A stretch of 64,000 bases of DNA from an archaeon. GTDB lineage: Archaea > Nanobdellota > Nanobdellia > Woesearchaeales > GW2011-AR9. The notes below the pieces were generated by a model, which worked only from the letters and a program-made list of their open reading frames with translations, had not been told where the DNA came from and searched no databases. The stretch is taken from the NCBI GenBank assembly GCA_018697095.1, contig JABHSG010000003.1:86895-150894 (forward strand), given 5' to 3'. Every line of letters begins with the position of its first letter. Within the stretch, counting starts at the first letter, position 1. Shown piece after piece: positions 10,015 through 18,386 of this stretch. The translations under genes were made by a program, and so were the position numbers.

Positions 10015-12432
10015 CTATGCCTTTTTCCAAACAACATAGCACATAAGGGCCAAACTAATTAACATCATATAAGGGACCAATTTGTAAGCTCGCTGCGATG
10101 TAGATTGATAGACAACAATGCCTCCTTTTTTTTCAAAAATAGATTCATCAATATATTCAGAACCTACAAAAAATTCTTCAGAAAAATCACTTTCTTCTCC
10201 ACTTTCATTATCTTCGCCACCATTTCCGGTAGAACTAAACTCATCAAAAACATTTTCAAAAATTCCGCCCTCTACAACCAAAATTTCTGAAGTGATTTCA
10301 TCGGCAGTTTTGCGGTCATCTTTCATGATTTTAACTTTCAAATTATAATCGCCTACTGATATGTCATCATCTAATTTAATCAAATAGCTAATCTCTCCAA
10401 TAGAATTAGCTTTCAAAGAAATCTCTTGTAAATTTTCTTCTCTTTTAATTTCTCCATCAAAACAACTTTTGCAAGAAGACCCCTTATACACATAAGCCCA
10501 AGCACTGTATTCATGCGCAGATTCATCAGTTAAAAATTGCAAATCAAAACTAAATGCTTCACCTGGAGCATAAGCTAAATCTAGTCCAGACAGCTGGTAT
10601 TCTTCAGCTTCAATTTCTCCAAAGTCTCCATCATTCAAAAAGGCATAATCATCATAGTTCTCGCAAGTATCATCTGAAATCCCAAAAACTTCAAAACTAT
10701 ACTTCTCTTCAAGTCCCAATCCTTCCAAAACCAGATATAATTTTCCATCTGGATAAGCTTCGTTACAATTTGCATCTAGTTGCAAAGGAAGCGTTAGCGT
10801 GTAGTATTGGTATTCTTCATATGCGTTTAGTTTTGTTCTTTCAGAAACAACTTCGCCTTCATTGTCAACAGCATAAAGTTCGATAGCTGTTTTTGTTTCA
10901 TCTCCTTTGTAAATGTTAACTTTGACCCTAAATGCTTCGCCCCACTCATAACTGTCATCAGACCCAGCATCATAAACAGTTTCAATTTCTAAACTGTTCT
11001 CATTTAATTGATAATCTGGATTAATTGCGAAAAAAGCACTAACTTCATCGTTTTCAGAATTGATATCTGAGCACTCAACATCATCTATGGTAAAAACTGC
11101 TTCATAAATCCCTTCAGCTAAATTAGGTGAATAATCTTTTGTTCTAGAGTTACTAATTTCCTCATTTGTCCAAGGACTATATTCTTTAACAGTTTCTCCA
11201 TAATAATCCAGAATTTCTCCACTAACACTAACTTCTTCGCTGCTACCAAGTTCTCTAAAAAGTTCAACTTCAAACTCAAAGTCGTCTTCAGAAAACACAC
11301 TTCCATCCATTAAAATATCAAGTGACCAATCACACGGACCCAAGTAATAGTTTTCTTCTCCAACTGTCGGCGCAGTAGTTTGCCAATCACCATCAATTAA
11401 CGCAATACTCATCCCAGAGATAGCATCACTATAACTCATTGAGTCAAGTAACCAATCATTTTCTGTTTCCTCAAAAATACCTGCCTCACTAATTTTTTCA
11501 GCATACAAAAAAACTTCTTCAAACCCACCATTATTCAAACTAAAACTGGTCTGTCCATTTCGATAAACTACTAAATATTCACCTGGCCCAACTATTGTGT
11601 TACCTTCATTTCCAAAATCTTCATCCAAAACAGTACTGTCTGAAACATACAACTTATTCCTTGCACTATCTTCAACCCAAATCCCTTCCAAGTCAACAAG
11701 TTTATCTCCCAAGTTCACAATTTCAATCCATTCTCCAAGTGGTTTTAATGAATCGTCATCCCCTTCTGGGTCAGGCAAAATTTCATTAATCCTAAGATCA
11801 GAATAATCCAAACTTATTGCCCATCGCCCATTAACTCTTCCAGGGCTTCCAAACACTACAAGTGATTCTCTGATTTCTCCTTCCTGGGTTAATTCTAAAC
11901 TGTAATCATTCCCATCAGCACCAAGTGCATCAACATAAGTAAACTCAGATACATTATCTGTACCATTAAACAAAATAACTTGGTCTTCAGTGTTAGTTAA
12001 ACTCAAAGAAAAATCATAAGCAATAACCTTCTCACCAAGTTCTTCACGGTCTTTTTCATCCCAAAACCCATCACCATTTCCAAAAAAGATTTCAAAACTT
12101 TCATTGTCTCCGTCAGAATCCAAAAGCTCATCTGCAAAAACAACATAGGAGTCAGGAGCAATAATAATATCTTCTACGCTACCAGTGGTTTCTCTAATTT
12201 TTTTCCCATCAAGTTCAAACCCAGACAAATTAGTCTCTTCTGACCCATTATTCCAAAGTTCTACCCACTCACAATCAGAATCACTACATCTATCTGGGTT
12301 ATACATTACTTCAGTAATTACCACGTCAGCATGCACATTAAATATGAAAAATAGCGACATAAAAAACCCTCCAAAAAACACAAAACAAAATTTACAGAAA
12401 AACACTATCTCTTCATCATCAAAACTAAACAT
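10015..12432 (-). CDS. acidic cell-surface protein with two lamin-tail domains and a C-terminal TM anchor
   Basis: VVITEVMYNP..EWVELWN and LRINEILPDP..EWIEIVN repeats; signal peptide; C-terminal TM followed by KK; start may be downstream (about 12360). Confidence 0.8.
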   Translation of the reverse strand: MFSFDDEEIVFFCKFCFVFFGGFFMSLFFIFNVHADVVITEVMYNPDRCSDSDCEWVELWNNGSEETNLSGFELDGKKIRETTGSVEDIIIAPDSYVVFADELLDSDGDNESFEIFFGNGDGFWDEKDREELGEKVIAYDFSLSLTNTEDQVILFNGTDNVSEFTYVDALGADGNDYSLELTQEGEIRESLVVFGSPGRVNGRWAISLDYSDLRINEILPDPEGDDDSLKPLGEWIEIVNLGDKLVDLEGIWVEDSARNKLYVSDSTVLDEDFGNEGNTIVGPGEYLVVYRNGQTSFSLNNGGFEEVFLYAEKISEAGIFEETENDWLLDSMSYSDAISGMSIALIDGDWQTTAPTVGEENYYLGPCDWSLDILMDGSVFSEDDFEFEVELFRELGSSEEVSVSGEILDYYGETVKEYSPWTNEEISNSRTKDYSPNLAEGIYEAVFTIDDVECSDINSENDEVSAFFAINPDYQLNENSLEIETVYDAGSDDSYEWGEAFRVKVNIYKGDETKTAIELYAVDNEGEVVSERTKLNAYEEYQYYTLTLPLQLDANCNEAYPDGKLYLVLEGLGLEEKYSFEVFGISDDTCENYDDYAFLNDGDFGEIEAEEYQLSGLDLAYAPGEAFSFDLQFLTDESAHEYSAWAYVYKGSSCKSCFDGEIKREENLQEISLKANSIGEISYLIKLDDDISVGDYNLKVKIMKDDRKTADEITSEILVVEGGIFENVFDEFSSTGNGGEDNESGEESDFSEEFFVGSEYIDESIFEKKGGIVVYQSTSQRAYKLVPYMMLISLALMCYVVWKKA

Positions 12433-12589
12433 AAATAAGAAACTAAAAACAATCTCTTTTTAGATATTTCTAAAACCAGTTTCTCAAAACAAAAATTCAA
12501 ACGACACAAAAAGCAAACAATTGTTGCAATGTAACCATTTTAAAATAGTCAACAAAGTTTTAAATACACTCTATCTTCATTTGACCACG

Positions 12590-13144
12590 ATGGGATGGTT
12601 ATTCGGTAAGAAAAAAAAGCAGCTTCCAGCCTCTGCGTTTCCAAAAGTTTCGCACGAGCAATCATTAAGTTTTAATGAAGATTCTATGCATGACAAAGTG
12701 ATCCATCCAGATCACATTAAAGCAGCAGCAGGGGTTCACGACGACCCGTTCAATTTTGATGATCACGATCATTTAGCTGCATCTGCTCCTTTAGGTGCAA
12801 GGGGACCTCCTCCTATGAGAATGCCTAGTCTTGATGAACCATCAAGCCCAGCAGCATCTTTAGCTCCAAGGCAAGTGTCCTCCTCTTCAAAAATGTCTTC
12901 TTCACCAGCAGCACCTAGTAGACACCAAGGTAGTGACCTTTACATTAAAGTACGTGACTACAAAAGAATCTTAGGGGATTTTAAAGATTTAAATTCAGAA
13001 TTAACACATCTAACTCAATTAACAAAAGACTTAGAACATTCAGAATATAACGAGGAAAAGAACTTTTTACGCATGAAAGATGCAATTAAAAAAGTTCATG
13101 ATAAATTATTAACTGCGGACAGAACACTTTTTGCGCAGTATTAG
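12590..13144 (+). CDS. hypothetical protein: N-terminal MGWLFGKKKK, low-complexity linker, C-terminal helical hairpin
   Basis: ATG 12590 about 25 nt after TTTTAAATA; C-terminal domain is paralogous to the next gene. Confidence 0.7.
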   Translation: MGWLFGKKKKQLPASAFPKVSHEQSLSFNEDSMHDKVIHPDHIKAAAGVHDDPFNFDDHDHLAASAPLGARGPPPMRMPSLDEPSSPAASLAPRQVSSSSKMSSSPAAPSRHQGSDLYIKVRDYKRILGDFKDLNSELTHLTQLTKDLEHSEYNEEKNFLRMKDAIKKVHDKLLTADRTLFAQY

Positions 13145-13155
13145 GTAGGTGAATA

Positions 13156-13386
13156 ATGATGGAAAAGATGCCAGTATTTGTAAAAATTAACGATTATCGT
13201 GATGTTTTAGATTTGATTGAAGTAGTTCGCAAAAAAATTGATGACTCAAAATCAACTCTACTAAAAATTCACGATCTTAAAAACGATGAAGATCAATTAG
13301 TAGAACAGTGGCAAAATGCCCTTTCAGAAATCGAGAAAAAAGTTGAGTTTATCGACCAAACTTTAAACGAACCAGAACATTACTAA
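13156..13386 (+). CDS. small helical-hairpin/coiled-coil protein
   Basis: AGGTGA SD; VFVKINDYR aligns with LYIKVRDYK of the upstream gene. Confidence 0.75.
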   Translation: MMEKMPVFVKINDYRDVLDLIEVVRKKIDDSKSTLLKIHDLKNDEDQLVEQWQNALSEIEKKVEFIDQTLNEPEHY

Positions 13387-13396
13387 ATTTAATACT

Positions 13397-13852
13397 ATGG
13401 CAAAAAGAAAAGCAAGTAAAAAATCAGTGAGCAGACGCGCTTCTAGTAGAGATGATAAATCTCCAGGATACATGGTTCAAATACCTGAGCCAGCACTTGT
13501 TCGCCGAGATGTATTAGAATCACTTCGTGAAGTAATTATTTTCATGCAAAGTTATGAAAAGTTTCGCCATGTTCAGGAAGAAAAAGTAAGGTTATTCTCA
13601 GAACTCAAAGTAGAGCTCAAGGTTCTCAATTCTTTATTGACCGGGAAATTAAAGTTCTATTTTCCTCAAGGGAAATTACGGGCAATCACTGGAGAAGCTG
13701 AAGACAAGTATGAAGACCATGAAGAAGCAACGTATATGAAGTCAAAATCTGCTCCTGAAGCAGGTGGCCCTTCTCCAGCGGTTCACCATGAACTTGACGA
13801 GTTAGAATCTCAGTTAAAAGATATCGAATCTCAGCTTCAAAGCATTCAATAA
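13397..13852 (+). CDS. coiled-coil hypothetical protein
   Basis: Third gene of a tight operon; basic N-terminus, acidic amphipathic C-terminal helix. Confidence 0.7.
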   Translation: MAKRKASKKSVSRRASSRDDKSPGYMVQIPEPALVRRDVLESLREVIIFMQSYEKFRHVQEEKVRLFSELKVELKVLNSLLTGKLKFYFPQGKLRAITGEAEDKYEDHEEATYMKSKSAPEAGGPSPAVHHELDELESQLKDIESQLQSIQ

Positions 13853-13859
13853 TTTATTA

Positions 13860-14159
13860 TTATTTTTCTTCAGATTTTTTTAAATCAAAACCAAAACTGC
13901 TAAAATTTTCTCCTTTAAGGCCTTTCAAAAGAGCATTTTTTATTTCTGGACTCATTTTTTCAGGCAAGATATTTACTCCAATCTCTTCTTTAGCTTCACG
14001 TACGGCAGCCATTAATGCATCTTCTCCAGGATCAATTTTTCCTCCAGGAGTACGGTATTCTCCATCAGCAAAATCCGAACCTTTTCGCCTAATTAAGAAA
14101 ACCTTATCCTCTTTCAAAAGGGCAATATCTACTGCAAGCCCATGCCTATATTTATTCAT
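13860..14159 (-). pseudogene. NUDIX hydrolase with an apparent internal deletion
   Basis: Intact Nudix box GGKIDPGEDALMAAVREAKEEIG but only 99 aa; the strands normally following the box are missing. Confidence 0.55.
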
Positions 14160-14180
14160 AAAAAATAGTTAAAACAGAAT

Positions 14181-14190
14181 CTTTATAAAA
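14181..14190 (+). promoter_or_regulatory. TATA box of tRNA-Leu
   Basis: CTTTATAAAA about 30 nt upstream of the tRNA 5' end. Confidence 0.55.
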
Positions 14191-14217
14191 ACGTATTCTA
14201 AAAAATCAACTATTCGT

Positions 14218-14304
14218 GCGGGGATGGCAGAGCGGTCAAATGCGATGGACTCAAAATCCATTCTCTTAGTGGGTACGGGGGTTCAAATCCCTCTCCCCGC
14301 ACCA
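14218..14304 (+). tRNA. tRNA-Leu(CAA) with encoded CCA
   Basis: Acceptor GCGGGGA/TCCCCGC+ACCA; anticodon arm ATGGA-CTCAAAA-TCCAT; long variable arm; GTTCAAATC T-loop. Confidence 0.96.
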
Positions 14305-14336
14305 TTTCTTTTATATGATTTTTAGTAAAGCAGATT

Positions 14337-15632
14337 TCAACTTATCACTGGCTCAATTTTAGGTCCCCAGCTAGTAATTGGAATAAGTTTTGCCCCAGTA
14401 ACACTTTTCACTTTAATATAAATAAATGAAGGAAGAATAGGTTTATCAAAACGCATCTCAACGTTATTTGGAGATGAAAAATTCACTCTTTTAACATCTA
14501 CTGGGGAACCTAATCTTTCAAGCAAACGTACAAAGATTATATCATCTCGCCTAAAGGAATAGATCTCAGGTAAACGGATAAGCCCATTTTTTTGACAAAG
14601 GGCAAAAAAAGCATCAAAACCAGAGAAGTAATCTGGTATGCCCATGTACTTCAGAAAAGCTGAGTTAAATACAATATGAAGAACTACCATTTTATTTTTT
14701 TTTCTTAACATACGGCCAAACCTAAAACAAGTTTCAGCAATTTTTCTCTCGTTTTCAGTCAATTGTGCAAGATACCTGGCCCTTTCTTCTTCTTCCCAAC
14801 CAAGAACATCTCTATTAAGAATCTCATACAAAAAAGCAGGAAGGTTAGAGGCAGCTGCATCTTTTCTTATTGCATTTTCCCGAAAACCTAATGCTGGCTG
14901 AACAGAACCCATATCTAAATTAATATCAACATGCCTTTTTGGTCTATATTTTTCGTATATTTTTGACATATGTTCTATTGCCTTTTTTATTCCCCTAGGA
15001 AGTTTTTTATTATCTAACCCGTGTACTTGAATACTTGGCAAAAACAAGACGCTCGTTCCATGAAAAAACCACCCTGTTTTTCCCCTAATCTTTGTTTCCC
15101 ATAATTCACGCATCTCTCTAAGAATATTTCCCAAAAGGTTTTCGATATACAAGTCCCTCCCCATAATTTTTTTAATTCCATCAAGATCCTTTTCCATCTT
15201 TTCATATACGCCAACATATACTCTACCAATCTCTTTTTTGTCGCATTGGCCTTTAATGTAGCGCCGAGTAACTTCAATTGCTTCTTTTGCTAAAGATTTT
15301 AATGAACGAACAATTTTCACAACACGCCTAGTATCTTCGCGAATGTTACGATATACTCTTTTATCAAAAGCCCTTAATAAAGATTCAATGTCAGTTTCTT
15401 TTTTAAGATAATTATCTAATAATATCAATTCATCATGTAATCTTTGAAGAAGTCCAACAATCTGACCTTTGTTTTTGTTAAAATGATGAGAAGTAAAACC
15501 GCCCTTCACTTCCCCGTATTCAAAGGAGAGCATAATTATTTGTTCTGGCTGAAAAAACCTATGCACAGATAGTATCTTAGAATTAAAATAAACAAGAACA
15601 TCTAAAGCATGTTGGATTTCACTAATATTCAT
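14337..15632 (-). CDS. helical N-terminal domain plus putative ADP-ribosyltransferase-fold domain
   Basis: FFHGTS..SIQVHGL and late EMRFDKPILPSFI resemble the first and last motifs of HGT-type ART/Tpt1 folds. Confidence 0.5.
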   Translation of the reverse strand: MNISEIQHALDVLVYFNSKILSVHRFFQPEQIIMLSFEYGEVKGGFTSHHFNKNKGQIVGLLQRLHDELILLDNYLKKETDIESLLRAFDKRVYRNIREDTRRVVKIVRSLKSLAKEAIEVTRRYIKGQCDKKEIGRVYVGVYEKMEKDLDGIKKIMGRDLYIENLLGNILREMRELWETKIRGKTGWFFHGTSVLFLPSIQVHGLDNKKLPRGIKKAIEHMSKIYEKYRPKRHVDINLDMGSVQPALGFRENAIRKDAAASNLPAFLYEILNRDVLGWEEEERARYLAQLTENERKIAETCFRFGRMLRKKNKMVVLHIVFNSAFLKYMGIPDYFSGFDAFFALCQKNGLIRLPEIYSFRRDDIIFVRLLERLGSPVDVKRVNFSSPNNVEMRFDKPILPSFIYIKVKSVTGAKLIPITSWGPKIEPVIS

Positions 15633-15684
15633 AAAATAAATACAAATGCGAAGATTATATGTTTTTCTATAACGTTGCTCTACA

Positions 15685-15753
15685 CAGTATATCAGCCGAT
15701 ACCCAAGGCAGGCTAGCCATCGGAGGTTTTTGCGCCCTCTTCACACTTTTTTT
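15685..15753 (+). ncRNA. candidate structured small RNA or leader upstream of rnj
   Basis: GC-rich island; CCGAT/ATCGG stem enclosing a GGC/GCC hairpin, GAGG/CCTC hairpin, then a T7 tract. Confidence 0.3.
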
Positions 15754-15803
15754 CTGAATCAAGGTATGAACATTAATAAAGAGAGGACAAACTAATACCT
15801 AAA

Positions 15804-17159
15804 ATGACACTCGAAGTATGCACAATTGGCGGATTTTCTGAATGTGGGCGTAACTGTACCGCAATCAAAGTAGATGACGAAGTGATTGTAATCGACATGG
15901 GCCTTGAACTTGAAAGTTACATTAAACATACCCAAAATGATGTGAAAAATCCAGTTGCTAAGGAATTCGAACCACTTGTGAAAATAAATGCAATTCCAAA
16001 TATTGATCACATTAAAGACTGGCACTTCAAAATCAAAGCAATCATCCCAAGCCATGGACATTTAGATCATGTCGGAGCAATCCCTTTTATTGCCCCAATG
16101 TTTCCAAACGTCCCAATTGTTTCTACTCCTTTCACAATTGAAGTAATTAAAGAAATTTGCAAGGGAGAAAGAATGACTCTTCCAAACAAACTAATTGCTC
16201 AAAAATTAAACACAACATACAAAGTTTCTGATAAGATTCAAGTAGAGTTCATTGAAGTAACTCATTCTATTCCTCATACAGCAATGCTTAGAGTAATTAC
16301 TCCTTATGGGACAATTATTTATGCTAATGATTACAAATTAGATCACACACCAACTTTAGGGCCTCCAATCAATATGGAAAAGTTAAAACAAGTTGGCGAG
16401 GAAGGAGTTGACCTTTTAATTTGCGAATCTTTGTATGCAAGTGAGGATCGCCACACAACTAGTGAGGCGCATGCAAAACAAATGCTTGAGGATGCTCTTC
16501 TAAATAATCCAATGCCTGACTTGGAAAAAAAAGGAATTATTGTAACTACTTTTTCTAGTCAAATAGCTAGGCTTAAAACTTTAATTGAAATTGGCAAAAA
16601 AATGAATCGCCAAGTTGTTTTCATTGGAAGAAGTATGCGAAAATACTGCACAGCTGCTCAAAGAATTAGAATTGTAGATTTTCCAAAATCAATCCCTTTT
16701 CACGCCCGCAGACCAGTGGTACAAAATGCCCTTGAAAAAATTCAACGCGAAGGCCCAGAAAAGTATCTAATAGTTTGTACTGGCCATCAAGGTGAACCTA
16801 ATGCGCAGTTATCTCGTATGTCTCGTGGAGAAACAAGCCTTAACTTAAACGAAAACTGGTTAACTATTTTTAGTTGTTCAGTAATCCCAGTAGAATCAAA
16901 TATTGCGCAGCGAAAAGTTCTTGAAAAAGAATTATCATCAAAAAAGGTTCATATTCTCAAAGATTTACATTCTTCTGGCCATGCTAGTGGAAAAGATCAC
17001 GAAGAATTATTCAAACTTCTAAATCCAAAACACATTATTCCAAGCCACGCAGGCCCAGAGTTTGGAAAACAACTCATAAAGATTGCAGAAAAACTAGGCT
17101 ACAAAGAAGGCGAGACTGCGCATTTGATGGGTGATGGGAAACGTTTCACTGTTAAATAA
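15804..17159 (+). CDS. rnj: ribonuclease J (beta-CASP)
   Basis: GGFSECGRN, HGHLDHVG, HSIP, TGHQGEP, HSSGHA motifs. Confidence 0.93.
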   Translation: MTLEVCTIGGFSECGRNCTAIKVDDEVIVIDMGLELESYIKHTQNDVKNPVAKEFEPLVKINAIPNIDHIKDWHFKIKAIIPSHGHLDHVGAIPFIAPMFPNVPIVSTPFTIEVIKEICKGERMTLPNKLIAQKLNTTYKVSDKIQVEFIEVTHSIPHTAMLRVITPYGTIIYANDYKLDHTPTLGPPINMEKLKQVGEEGVDLLICESLYASEDRHTTSEAHAKQMLEDALLNNPMPDLEKKGIIVTTFSSQIARLKTLIEIGKKMNRQVVFIGRSMRKYCTAAQRIRIVDFPKSIPFHARRPVVQNALEKIQREGPEKYLIVCTGHQGEPNAQLSRMSRGETSLNLNENWLTIFSCSVIPVESNIAQRKVLEKELSSKKVHILKDLHSSGHASGKDHEELFKLLNPKHIIPSHAGPEFGKQLIKIAEKLGYKEGETAHLMGDGKRFTVK

Positions 17160-17241
17160 TCAATTTCTTTATTATTAGGGAAAAACAACTTAAGCTTCTA
17201 CCACAATAAAGCTTTTAAACGCTTGAATGCCTGATTTTCTC

Positions 17242-18003
17242 ATGAAATTAGTCCTAGCAGAACCAAAATATCTAAAAGACCCAATAGCGATCGCTTCCGA
17301 ACTTGTAAACGAAGTTACTTTCAAGGTAAACAGTGACGGTCTTGAGATGGTAGCAATGGACCCTGCAAATGTTGCTATGGTAGTTCTAAAAATTTTATCA
17401 TCAAGTTTTGTTGAGTTCAATGTACCAAATGGAACTGAAGAATTTTCAATATCTTTAGCTAATCTTAAACAAATCTTACGTAGAGCAAAAGGCGATGATG
17501 TATTAACTCTTGAAACAGGCGAAGAAAATCAACTTAAAGTAATTTTGAAAGGCAAGTCAGCCAGATCTTTTACAATCGCACTTCTAGAACTTGACGAACG
17601 CGAACAAAAAGTACCAGACCTTAATTTCCCTTGCAACATTACAATGCCAGCCGCGCAACTAACAGATGCAATTGAAGATGTGAGTGTTGTAGCAGAATCA
17701 GTTACTTTTCTAGGTGATAAAGAATCTCTACTTATCAAAGCTAAAGGTGACCTTTCAGGAGCACTTGTAGAAATAAAGCAAGATGAGAATACCAAGATCA
17801 CAACTACCGGAGAAGACCCAGAAAATAGCAAATTCAAAGCAAAATATTCTTTAGAGTATCTTAAAAAAATGATGGGTGGATCAAAAATTGGTAGTAACGT
17901 ATCTTTAAGTTTTAACAATGATTATCCTTTAAAACTTGAATACAAAGAAGTTGACAAGTTAGCTATGAGTTTTATTCTGGCGCCACGTGTAGATAATGAT
18001 TAA
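17242..18003 (+). CDS. pcn: PCNA sliding clamp
   Basis: AMDPANVAMV, YSLEYLKK, DYPL, FILAPR; likely ATG 17242. Confidence 0.96.
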   Translation: MKLVLAEPKYLKDPIAIASELVNEVTFKVNSDGLEMVAMDPANVAMVVLKILSSSFVEFNVPNGTEEFSISLANLKQILRRAKGDDVLTLETGEENQLKVILKGKSARSFTIALLELDEREQKVPDLNFPCNITMPAAQLTDAIEDVSVVAESVTFLGDKESLLIKAKGDLSGALVEIKQDENTKITTTGEDPENSKFKAKYSLEYLKKMMGGSKIGSNVSLSFNNDYPLKLEYKEVDKLAMSFILAPRVDND

Positions 18004-18084
18004 TTAAATTCACATTAAATAATATAAATCTAAATTTCAAAAAACATCAACACTTTTTTATACTAATTTCCTTTTTTATTTTCT

Positions 18085-18300
18085 ATGCCAATAACTTTTG
18101 AAGCGATTTTGTATTATCTCATTATTATAGATAGCTTAACTTACACTCTTCTTACATTTACTAAAGGAAAATTACACGATAAAGTAACTCATTGGCCAAT
18201 TATGAAGTCTTTACCACTCAAACCACTTTTTGCATTTCTTTATCTTGGCTTAGTTTTTTGGATAGGACTCGCCCTTTATCGCCTTGGAATAATCTTCTAA
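18085..18300 (+). CDS. small 2-TM membrane protein
   Basis: Two hydrophobic segments; TATA-like box upstream. Confidence 0.6.
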   Translation: MPITFEAILYYLIIIDSLTYTLLTFTKGKLHDKVTHWPIMKSLPLKPLFAFLYLGLVFWIGLALYRLGIIF

Positions 18301-18386
18301 ACTTAGTGATAACGAGCCAACTAACCTCTATCTATTGCCTCAACTAGCATAAGCTAAATATAACCCATGGCCCAAGATACCAAATA

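Noticed and set aside
15690..15745. Minus-strand GGGCGCAAAAACCTCCG resembling part of a c-di-GMP-I riboswitch
   Set aside because: The upstream GGCAAA element and GNRA-capped stem are absent
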